A stretch of DNA of 64,000 bases from NCBI GenBank assembly GCA_030167865.1, contig JALAGF010001942.1, forward strand, positions 1 to 64,000, written 5' to 3'. The notes under the pieces are model-generated. The model was not told where the DNA came from and searched no databases. It saw only the letters and a list, made by a program, of their open reading frames with translations. Position numbers and translations under genes: made by a program. The stretch is from Craspedostauros australis (taxonomy: Eukaryota). Below are positions 46,722 to 57,400 of this stretch, one piece after another. How positions within the stretch are numbered: position 1 is the stretch's first letter; each line of letters begins with the position of its first letter.

Positions 46722-48389
46722 ATGATGCCGTTGTCATCGGGACGATCCCGCAGCAGCAGCAACCTGAATGACGGCGATGCGGAAACCGGGAAATGCACCA
46801 AGCGTGCGCATGCCATCTTCCTGAAGCTGCAACGCCGAATCCCGTTCCTGAAGAAGGCGGCCGAGGTCGCCCTGCGCGTGCCACCGCGATGGCGGTACGC
46901 GTTCGTGCTGCTGTGGTTCGTCTGGAAGATCGTGCTGACGATCGCGCTGGTCTTCTTGTTCCAAAAGACCGTGAGGACCCGCGGCAGCGCCATGACCACG
47001 AATGGAGGCATTCTGCCAGAAACGATGGGCGGTCCAACGAGGGTGCTGTACATCATCACGACGCTGGCAGAGTACAACAACGGCTTGCGCGCGACGGTCA
47101 AAGACCAGGATCGGTTGGGCGAGGTGCTGATACCCATCATGTTCGATAACATCAACAGCATGATATCTCCGCGATTCAATTTGCAGGTCGACGTTTTCTT
47201 GATTTGCGGCTACGAGCTGAAAGAACAGCGAGAGGAATACATTCGCAGTCGTCTGCCACCTGGAGTTGGATTGCAGATATGGGACGATGCCAGCCCGCTG
47301 GGTTACGAGAAGCACAAGTCCAAGGGCAATCAGTTCGTCTCGCTCAATACGAGGGCGCTGTCACGACAGCACCGATACGTCATCAAGGACAAGATCGATT
47401 ACTACGACGCCTTCGTTGTGTTTGAGGATGACATGAGGATCACCGGCCATCACGTGCAGCACTTTTTGGAGATGTCGCAAGAGTTGGAGAAGATGCGGCT
47501 GCGGGCACCGAAGATCACCATCAACGATCACGTGGACGATCCGCAGAGCATGAAGTTCTTTGGTGACATGTCGCGTGATCAAATGGATCGGTTGGTTCCG
47601 GGATTTGTGCGTGTCGAGGTGCTGCTCAATGAAACGGAACACGGTGCGCAGCAGCATCTGGATCCGATACCGCTGGATTACGACTTCAATGATGTGCTGG
47701 GAGGAAGTGGCGATCAGCAAGAGGTGCATATCGACCCTTCCATCTGCTGTCACGTCAACATGGAACCTAACATCGAGACACCCAAGACGCCCAAGGCGGA
47801 GGACGTGATAATATGGGAGACCAACGTCAAGGCATTCACACTGAGAGAACTGCCCACGAGCCCAACGCCTCGGTCCAAGTTTGACTGGGCCGTCGTCATG
47901 CTGGGTCCCGGCAAACGTCTTGATCAGAAAAAGCTCATCGGAGGGTACTGGAGCGGCAGGGAAGGTGCATTTGGCAAGATGGATCGACCGACCGGCGGTC
48001 CGCCCGATCTTATCGCCCAGCAAGGTGGATGGATGGCAACGCGCGAACAGATACTGCGATTGAACAGCGGTCTTTGCCAAGGCAGCTTCCTGCCTCCCTT
48101 CGATGAACCCGTTTACTATGAAGATGGGCAGCAATCCATGAATGTAGAATTCTGGTCCGGCAGTTACCAATTCTTCACGGGTGTGCGAGGCGGTTGCAAC
48201 ATGCAGCGTCTCATCAGCGTGCATCCAGATCACTTCTCCAAGCACCTGCTCTACCATGTGGCCAACAACAAACAGAGACAGTTGAAGCGGGAACGCATGC
48301 TGCGTGCGGATCATCTGTTTGGACAGTTCAACACGGTGCGAAAGCAAGCCATTCGCGCCAAGCTCGAGCTGGAGTCGGCGCAGGCCTGA
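46722..48389 (+). CDS. Type II membrane protein, putative GT-A glycosyltransferase of unknown family
   Basis: TM segment (YAFVLLWFVWKIVLTIALVFLF), RVLYII strand, YDAFVVFEDDMRI (DxD-like), LYHVANN near the C-terminus; ATG at 46722. Confidence 0.6.
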   Translation: MMPLSSGRSRSSSNLNDGDAETGKCTKRAHAIFLKLQRRIPFLKKAAEVALRVPPRWRYAFVLLWFVWKIVLTIALVFLFQKTVRTRGSAMTTNGGILPETMGGPTRVLYIITTLAEYNNGLRATVKDQDRLGEVLIPIMFDNINSMISPRFNLQVDVFLICGYELKEQREEYIRSRLPPGVGLQIWDDASPLGYEKHKSKGNQFVSLNTRALSRQHRYVIKDKIDYYDAFVVFEDDMRITGHHVQHFLEMSQELEKMRLRAPKITINDHVDDPQSMKFFGDMSRDQMDRLVPGFVRVEVLLNETEHGAQQHLDPIPLDYDFNDVLGGSGDQQEVHIDPSICCHVNMEPNIETPKTPKAEDVIIWETNVKAFTLRELPTSPTPRSKFDWAVVMLGPGKRLDQKKLIGGYWSGREGAFGKMDRPTGGPPDLIAQQGGWMATREQILRLNSGLCQGSFLPPFDEPVYYEDGQQSMNVEFWSGSYQFFTGVRGGCNMQRLISVHPDHFSKHLLYHVANNKQRQLKRERMLRADHLFGQFNTVRKQAIRAKLELESAQA

Positions 48390-48725
48390 TCATACACATT
48401 CATGTCATGGAATGGAATAGGCTGGGTTGGTCGTTGGCGGAGATGAAATCTGGCTGACCAAGGCAGGTGCTGCATTGACTAAAGCATACTCTTGAGAGAG
48501 AAGAAGTGCATCACCACAGATCATCCGAAGCGACACTGCTTGAATACAACCTCTTACAATAATACGAGTGCATTTCGGAATCGAGTAGGCCGTACTCTCT
48601 AGAGTTGTTCGCCCTCTGACAGCCACATAAGGTTAGTGAGGCAGTTTACATACTCTCGAGAGCATTATCTCCTCTATTTGTTCGTTGTCGTCGTTGTCGC
48701 CGCCGTCTTTTTCCGGTTTCGAAAA

Positions 48726-50384
48726 TTATTGCATCTCCATCTCGTACCCCATGTCATCAAGAACTGTCTTGGTGAGATCCCATCCACTTTGCAAGCATTT
48801 CTCATTGAAGATGGGCCACAGACGACTCACTTCTTGTTGTGTTTCTTCGCACAGCCGTTGCAGGAAGACATTGCCGTCTTGATCCTGCAGCATACCGGCC
48901 TTCTGCTGTTGCGCAAGGCGCTCTGCAAGCAGGTGAACGTGCAGGTATGCTCGTGCGCGATCTTGGTTTGTGGAAGTGCCAAAGAAGGCAACGCAGATGG
49001 TATGCTTAGCAGCAGTGCCACTTCTTCTTTCACCGCATCGCAGGATGTATTTTGTCTCGTTTTGGGATTGCGTGAGATTGCTGCGTAGTGTCCACAGGAT
49101 ATCCTCCGTAGTGGAATCGGTGCTCTGCATGAGACTGTTGAGCGAATCGCCGAACCTGATCTCTGGTTTGGAGCTTGGTCGGAAGAGTCTCGGCACGAGA
49201 CGCTTCCATGGTTGGAAGAACAGCGGTTCTTTCTGAGCGACCTCGATTGGCGATGGAATCTCAACCGATGCGGGTGCTGCCGTCTGCGTCGTGGCTGGTA
49301 GTATCCCTGTCGCCGTTGCTGCAGCTGCTGCTGCTGTTGATGTGGTGCTTTTGGTATTTTCGGACCACTCTGCGTCACCCAGTAGCTGCTGCATCCGACC
49401 CGTATTGAGTTCATCGAATGCGATCAATCGCATGCACCGTGTGTTGGCGAAGATGTGAAAGATGGTGAGGAATGAGTACAGCATCCACAGCCGCCACGGT
49501 CGCACGTTGGACACCGACTGGGCGAAGAATGCGGCAAACAGCAGCCCCATCGCCCCCGTCACTGTGTGCTGCGCGCCGAATTTTGCGTTGATGTCGGACA
49601 GATCGGATCCTCTCGACCAGTACAGATTGATGACTCCACCGCAGGCACCTGCCGCCACGCCGCACATGGCCTTGCATATGTTGCCGACGGAGATCATGGG
49701 CAAAAAGAATTGCGGCGGGAACAGAGTGGCTGCCACCTCCAGCGTGATGCCAAGATCCACCATGATGTCCGCAAACAACCTCCAGCGCTTGATGTCCGAT
49801 CGGAAGTTGGACGACGCTGCGTACGTGAACAGCAACGTTGCCGCCATGCCCGACGCGTCGCGCACGAGGTAGTTCATCAATGCCGATAGCGCTGTCGCAC
49901 CTTCCTTGCCGACCCCGACTCCTTCCAGCACGCGCTGTGTGGCAAGGACGCCTCGCAACTGCGTCGACAAGTCTTGCAACCAGCTCCAAACAGAGTAGCG
50001 TAAGTATCCATCTGGCGTGGATTGCGGGAATCCAATGGGCAAGAAGGTTGTGCGCAGCGCCGAAACCGCGCGTCGCAGGCCTACAATAGGCTGTTGATTG
50101 GGTGTGCTGCTGCTTGCTGCCGCTGCCGCTGCCGCTGTCGCTGCCCCTGCCCCTGCTGCCGCTGTGTTGGATGTTGGCGAGATCGCAAAGTCCACGATCT
50201 TGGAATTGCCACTGTTGCGCTGCTTGGAGATGATCCGTTGGAGCTTGATAGCATCCTGATGATGAGCACGGTCGTGAGCATCGTTCGTCGGCAGCGCGAG
50301 ACTGGAGCCACCATTGGGCGTCGACGTGATGAGCAGCAGCGAGAGGACGACGGAATGCATCATCGCGATCCTCATCTTCGTCAT
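48726..50384 (-). CDS. RUS1 / DUF647 (root UV-B sensitive) family protein
   Basis: FLPIGFPQS..GYLRYSVW..Q..GVLATQ..L.GVGVG, KRWRLFAD, LSDINAK, HIFAN...LNTGR, FNEKCLQSGWD; N-terminal signal-like segment. Confidence 0.9.
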   Translation of the reverse strand: MTKMRIAMMHSVVLSLLLITSTPNGGSSLALPTNDAHDRAHHQDAIKLQRIISKQRNSGNSKIVDFAISPTSNTAAAGAGAATAAAAAAASSSTPNQQPIVGLRRAVSALRTTFLPIGFPQSTPDGYLRYSVWSWLQDLSTQLRGVLATQRVLEGVGVGKEGATALSALMNYLVRDASGMAATLLFTYAASSNFRSDIKRWRLFADIMVDLGITLEVAATLFPPQFFLPMISVGNICKAMCGVAAGACGGVINLYWSRGSDLSDINAKFGAQHTVTGAMGLLFAAFFAQSVSNVRPWRLWMLYSFLTIFHIFANTRCMRLIAFDELNTGRMQQLLGDAEWSENTKSTTSTAAAAAATATGILPATTQTAAPASVEIPSPIEVAQKEPLFFQPWKRLVPRLFRPSSKPEIRFGDSLNSLMQSTDSTTEDILWTLRSNLTQSQNETKYILRCGERRSGTAAKHTICVAFFGTSTNQDRARAYLHVHLLAERLAQQQKAGMLQDQDGNVFLQRLCEETQQEVSRLWPIFNEKCLQSGWDLTKTVLDDMGYEMEMQ

Positions 50385-51039
50385 GTTGGTGTTGTGCGTC
50401 GTGAGATGCAGGTTGGAGTTGCTTCGCTTATTGTTATGACAGATAGACGTTGATGTCAGACGGCTGTCCGTGAGGGTATGTGGACCAAGAAAGAGATTAT
50501 GGATGAGGGGAGTGGTGATGTGATGTGTAGCAAGAGCGTTGGTGGTGGATCGGCAACAGCGCCAACAGTGCCAACAGTGATGGATCCGCATCACCATTCC
50601 TCTCTGGTTCGCGCCTCGCGCCTGTCCGCTCTCGTGATCGGATTGGTGGATGTGGATTGGGACACGCAAGATACCATCTGAATTCGTGAATGAACCATTG
50701 ACACCAGTCCTGTGTAACGTGTGTTTGGAGATGCCGACGTCAGCAGAATGTCTCAGCTTCAGAGAAGTTCTGTTCCAGAACACGAATCTTCAACACCTTG
50801 TTTCACGTTTTGAGATACAACTGCACACAACACGCGACCAAACGTGTGGCATTTGTACGCAAGATGACGCCACGAGCAAAACTGGATGCCGTTTCTTGAC
50901 GTCACGATGTCTGCGCGAGGAACACAAGGAACGAGCACTCAAAAAGCTCACAATCGAAACAGTTCCCACAACTCAAAGCCACAAAACAAAGAAGCACCAC
51001 AACACAAGAGACGAACCAAACAACCTCACGTCACGCGCA

Positions 51040-51072
51040 CCCACACCACACCACACCACACCACACCACACC
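51040..51072 (+). repeat. (CACAC)n pentamer repeat upstream of ATG 51087
   Basis: ccacaccacaccacaccacaccacaccaca read directly. Confidence 0.8.
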
Positions 51073-51086
51073 TCCACATCCCGACA

Positions 51087-51454
51087 ATGAACATGATGAA
51101 ATCAATCCTCCTCATCGCTATCTTCGCCATCCAGATGCTCGCCGTGTCGGCCAGAAGGTCAACAGGCTTGGATCCTTACTGCAACAAGCAAATGGGTGAG
51201 TGCAATGCTCAAGAGAATCAAGGCATTTGAATCTGTGCCGAGACTTCGGATGTATGCCGATTGATGACCCGAGCACGAGCAAGAACGAGGAGATTTGGCA
51301 GACCACCAATGCACAAGCGATCGTGAATGGATGTGTGTGCGTCTTTGGTTGCATTGCCAATGGCAACGGCTGCGATAACATGCACATGACGATTACAATG
51401 ACCATGTCAATGGCGGTTCCAAATCACGCAATAGCCTCTTTGTTGCAAGATTAA
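51087..51454 (+). pseudogene. Small secreted Cys-rich peptide gene with an apparent 1-nt frameshift (or assembly indel)
   Basis: Signal peptide MNMMKSILLIAIFAIQMLAVSA. The frame stops at 51230, but one extra T in TTT 51226-51228 joins it to LNLCRDFGC...GCVCVFGCIANGNGCD. Confidence 0.5.
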
Positions 51455-52099
51455 CCACAATCTCACGCTCATTTCGCCCTTCATGGTCAAATCAAACTCT
51501 GCTTCGGATTTATCGCACCAATTCGAAAACTGCAGAACTCCTCGGATGGGACTCATGCCCACACGGCTTGCCACTTCCGGGCTTGGGAAAAAGCAAGAAG
51601 GTGGAACCAACAACTGTCGCTGATGCCTCAACGTCACCGAGTGCATCCAAGCGGACGAATCAACATGCCTCCGGCTTGCAAAAGGATCAACGAGCGACCC
51701 AGACAGTCTCCTCAAAGAAGAGAGTGCAGCGAAGTGCGGAGAAAGAATCGCGACAATCTCCATGGGGCGTGAGCTCGCGTAAGTGAACATCCACGAGAAC
51801 AACGGCAAGTCTTACTCTCCAAGGCAGACACACGAGATTATTATGCGACCATTACACGACGTCATTGTCACACCACACACAAACAGCAAACAACGAAACA
51901 ACGATAGAGACACAACCGCATCAGCAGCAGCAGCAAATTGAAAAGCAGAGCGACAGCAAGCAACAACCGCAATACCATACGATAGACGATACCAATTTTT
52001 CATACCACACTGCTCAGTTTCGATTTGTATCTGTTCTGTCGCTTGGCTGGGGATGCCGCGCCTTCGGGCTCCGCAAACAACCATGGGGATTCTGGAATG

Positions 52100-53638
52100 T
52101 GCCATCCTGACAAGCACAAACGCTGGCGACCGACTCCGTCCCGACATCTCGAGGGACGTCAAAGCCGATGGTCGCACATCCAACCGGTTTCCGGCCGATG
52201 TTGTTGCCGAAGCCTCCAGCAAGAAGGCATCGTCCAGGACCAGAGTGTCAAACATCGTGCCAACCATCAAGTCCACGCGGTGCGCATGAACGAGCAGACT
52301 GAGCAGGTAGCAAAAGCACTGGGCCCATTCGTCGGATGACGACTTCTTCTCCGCGATCTTTGACACTCTATGGGCAAAGTACCGGCAGTATCTTTATCTC
52401 AGTACTGCTGCCGCTGCGCGCGTCTCTGCAAAGGAGAACCAACTTTGCATGTGGACTATGCACATGCTTGGGTTGTCTGGGATAGCTCGATAGAACCTCT
52501 CCTTCATCACATTGTGTTCTTCGTTACCGTTCAAGAACGTGGGCGCTTGCTCCACATCGCGATGGAGGCTATACCCCACGACACGAAAATGGTTGCTACC
52601 AACCAGCAAGGTCAACCACTTCATGGACTGTTCCGCACACAAAGGTTTGCATACGATGAAAGAAGAGACGAAAATATAGGATGGAATCGCATGCCCTACT
52701 TGCCATGGCTTGGAGGAAGACTTCCATGTGGTGTTCAATTCCCTCACCCTGACACACCAGCGTCAGCTTGCGCACGCTCTTGAGCCGAGGCAGATCCACG
52801 TGCGATCCGTCAAACGTTAAATCCATGACTACAGAGGATGGTGCTGAGAGGCTGGAGAATAAGCTTTCGCCAATCTTCTGAAAAAGCAAGGTCAACATCT
52901 TGCATCGGCTGGCGAACGCCTCGTCGAACCTATCATAACATGAAAGTCTCCCATCGATCATAGTTTCATCAACCTTTTGCACCCGAGAGTAAACCGGGAA
53001 ACATGACATCCGGTGAACTTGACCATCGTCGCAATATCACGTTTGATGAGCTTCTGTTGAGATTTCGCCGCCAACTCCAGCTCATGTTCATTCCAAAGGC
53101 GGGCTAATACATCTGGAACGAGATCCAGTGGAAAGGGCGGGTCGTTCGCGACGCGTGACACATCGATGAACGTTGGTAGGTTGGGCTGTGCCGTTCGTGT
53201 TTGCCTGAAAAGATGCTGGAGGTTGTCTCTGCATGCTGTCTCTGCATGATGCCTATGACGTGCTCTGATGCGTCCGAGTGTACCAATAGTATGTGGACGA
53301 TCGTTGATTGTGAGAGTTCTATCGATCTTTGTTCCTGATTCCTTCATGTGCAAGCACTCTCAAGAACCCGCGCACTCTTCGCCGTGCCACTCAAGTCGGT
53401 AACCTTCGTAGAGTGCAAGGATGAATTCCACGCTGATTTCGAACACGGTCAGCAAGTAATGACAGGATCGTCCGGAGTGTGGTGTGTTCTTTCCCTCATC
53501 TCTTCCTCTTTCAACCTCCATCCACAGTACGTGTTCTGATGGTCTCGCATGTCGTGTAACACCATGGACACTCGAGCACTCCAACTCTCTGTCGTTGCAC
53601 GTGTGGGAAGACTCTGGTTTTCGTCGTACAAGAATCAT
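52100..53638 (-). pseudogene. Possible decayed gene made of successive protein-like ORF fragments
   Basis: 53638-53360 and 53353-52958 are in frame across one stop; 52747-52394 and 52366-51812 are likewise in frame across one stop; 53009-52596 bridges them in another frame. No family recognised with confidence. Confidence 0.3.
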
Positions 53639-54414
53639 TTTGTGAGTGGATCGCCGTATCCATGACTCGGACCACGCCCAAGGTTCATGGCGAAACGATA
53701 GGCTACGACACTACCAAAGTACCTCGATGGCCGAACAAAAGCACAGACACCGGATACTGACTTCTTCGGTCATCTTCCCGAATCCAGGAGGTGGAGAAGG
53801 GTGATCCAAAAATAAAATCTGCAAAAACTCAACTCACAAAAAACCCGCAAGATCGTGCAAAGAGGCCACAAACAAGGCAAAGGAGAGGGGCAGACATCTC
53901 AGGCGACCGACTCTCGACTCTCTGAGGTGTGAGAGGTACGACTCCAAGAGTGGCCGCAACACCTGAGTTCAGTTCGACTCCATTCTATTCCTTTCTTTTC
54001 TTTTCCCATCGCCTCAGACGGCAGTGCTGAGAGCGTACGCTCAACCCATTCCAATTCTGATCGAGCATACCAGCACGCGCTTGTCTATACTCGTGCCGAA
54101 CGAGGTTGCGTGAGAATTCCTTGGATCCAGTGGAGGTGTCAGCATTGCGCCAACAGACAAGGAGAAAGGGTGGTAACAGAAGCCGACAATTTCGCTGGAG
54201 TGCTCCGGCGAATTCCTGCATATAATACCAACCATACGAGAGGACGAGCTACCATACACACCAGCACCAGCACCACACATCTCAACGTGCGACAAGCAGG
54301 AAACCAGAAGGCCAAGGACAGTCGGAATCGGTCACAGGTCAGAGCTGAGCAGGAGTCGGCACGTGCCATTGCCGCTGTTGTCATCACTGTCAGTACCACA
54401 CCAGTTCCATAACC

Positions 54415-57400
54415 ATGCCTTTCGAAGATGAGATCATGGCGTCCATCATGGCATCAGGGTTGTCGACGAAGGACAGCGTCGAGAGCTGGAAGCAGCCACA
54501 TGCCTTCCATCTCAACCTCCCTCCGCATCACCTCGACGAGGATGGAACTCCCTTCATCACCAAGTACGCGCACAAGAAGTCGAGGTACATCCTGGGACTC
54601 GTCAAGACGTTGGAACTCAACGAACTCATGTTCCTGAACCCGGATGCACAGGAGAATGACGAATCCGACGACGACGATGATGATGATGCAATGGACACAA
54701 CTGACGCAGGAGGCACCCAGGCGGATGGCGATGATGACAGCGGTCCGATCATGCCCAAGACGTTGTCCGAGTTTGCCCAAAAGTGCAGCCGCCTGCATGC
54801 GCAGCTCAGCGCGTTGGAGAATTTGAAGCATTCTGGCCTGTCTCGGTGGGATCTCAGCTTGATGGTGCTGCGCTTGTTGCGATTGCTCACCGCGACGATC
54901 ACGTACGAGTATTATGACGAGGCCAAATCAGAGGAGCAGCAACAGGAAACACGACTGCCGATATCCAAAGTCACGATACACTACGACCTCGTTGGTTACA
55001 TCCACACGGCTTCCACGACGATGGAGGAGGAGATGAAGCAGGCCCAGTCAAATGTGTCCGAAGACTCCAGCCACCTCGAAGGAATCCTCAAACGTCCATT
55101 CGCATTGCCGTCACCTGCCAGAGAGACTCTGCTATCTATCTTGGTCAGCATCCTGTCCAACAAAGGACCACTACGATCGGTTTCGAATGCAGCCATTTAT
55201 CCAGCCACAAAACAGACGCACAACAACGATTCCGGGGAGGGCCAAGATCAGGAGCAGAGATTCCTGCTCATTTTGCACTGGAGGCCGCTGCTGAGGATGT
55301 TGCTGCGAACGACGCCGTACCTGAATGAACGCAAGTCCGGCACCGTGCCGCTATCATCCAACGCCAGGCAGAGCACGATTTTGAAACGCACCGTGCACAT
55401 GATCCGTGACGCGAGGCACTTTTTCGACCAGGGCATTCGCCCACCCGGCTCGGCGGCAACCACTGTCGCTCTCGACAACAGCGCGGTGCAGCTTTGGGAG
55501 ATGGTCCGAGCTGACATCATGTTCCATTCGCACACGAACGCATCGTACCGATCGTTGGTCATGTTCTACCTCTTCCAACCATCGCGATGTTCATCGACGT
55601 ACTACCAAGACGTGCTGCCGGATTGGCTGGAGAGCTGGAGCAACATCGATCGGTGTCCCGAGATTGACTTCCTTTGGCTTGCTCTGTTCTGCAGAGCGAG
55701 GAAGTACCTGCCGCACACGTACGATTGGGGACCGATACGCCGCCGTCTGTTGACGCATGCGCAGTACTGGCTGCTTCTTCCCATCGGCGGTGCGGCCCTG
55801 GACAAGAGCTTCCCCAGAGCATCCGCACCGCGGTCCAGATCGTGCCCGTCACGTCTCAAAGCATTCACCGGCTCCAGCTCGTCGTATGAGGAGGGCATCG
55901 ACTTCGTCGCCAAGGTCACCAAGCTACTTGTGATCGGTCTTGGCACCGGCAGCATGGGCGAAAATGGAGTTTCCGAGGGAACGAGTGACGTGCTCCGGTT
56001 CTTGTCATTCGTCACACCGTACTTCAATCCCAGCAACATTGGCACCTGGACGTTCACCCTGGGTGCCTTCCTACACTACTTCAGCTACGAAATCTGTTCT
56101 CGCGTCGGAGCTGCCGCGAGCATGGAAGCCTTCGCAACGTCCAATCCGGAGCTGCTGCGGGCGCTGTGCGAAGTGGAGCCAAGCCTGAAGGGCTGCGCGA
56201 TCCCACCCACCGAAGTCGTGCTGCTGTTGGACAAGCTCCTCCCGCTTTGCCAGCAATCGTTGTACAGCAAGAACCCGCACGTTGGACGCGCAGGCGAAGC
56301 CTCCATGCTGTACTTTGCGCAGATCGACCCGGCACGCGTCACACCGTCGTTCATCGATTTCGCCATCCGTGCGCTCGATATCAGCGCCGTCAACCTCGCA
56401 CATCAAGCACCGGCGGCGCTATCCGCGTTGACCCGTCTCTTGCAGCCAGCACTGCGCAGCAACCCGGCGATGTTCATGGCCAAGTTGCCTGATATCTTGC
56501 GGTTGTCGTTGGCCGGTATCGACAGCAATGACCAAAACAAGACCATCCGGACACTCATCTTGTACCGCAATCTCACATCCTGGTTCCCCATCGGCAAACC
56601 CAGCGAACAAGCCAACGGAGTCAACGCAGACGTAGATAAGAATGACCAGAAAAGCAATGGCAACAGCCATGGCAAGGGAACGCGCAGCATCGGTGAGAAC
56701 TTGGTGGACCGTCTGTACCAATCATCGAATTCTCCTGAGTACGTGGCAGCGGTTGAACAGCTCCCAGAGAGTTCACTTCTGCGACAGGGCGCCGTTATGG
56801 ATGGGTTGGATCTGGGGTTGCTGGCCGACGAGGCTTCCTCCGCCATGTGCGATTGGGTGCTGGAGTTTTTGGATCGCATCTTCGCCTTGCTTCGTGCTAG
56901 CGGTGAACGCGAGAAGGCTGGCAAGACATCGTCACGCACCGCGGCGCGCCATGCCAATGTGGATGTGCAGCAGGCACGCAACTTCTCACGCGTGCTGCGA
57001 GAATCCTTGATGCAGACCTTCGTTGCCATGGACGACACCATCCACAAGTCGGCTGTCAATTCGGTCGTGCGATTCTTCTCGGAGGAAACCTTGCCATCAG
57101 CTGCCAAGGATGCCGCGTATCTATGCGAGGCAGTGGCATCCGCACGTCCACGTAAGGACGGTGCAGGATCATCATCGCTGCACAGCCCTGGCCTGAAGGC
57201 GCTGCTGCCCATCCTCGTCGATGACTTGAAGCACTGTCCCACCAAAACTTGCATCTACAGGATACGGTGTCTTGCCGGGGCCGTGCGATTTTGCGGTCAC
57301 GACATCTTGACGTACAGGCAGCAGATCTCCAACGCCATCAACTTTGGACTGCAGAGCAAGGACAAGCATCTGCACAAGACCGGATGCAAGCTCCTTCGGC

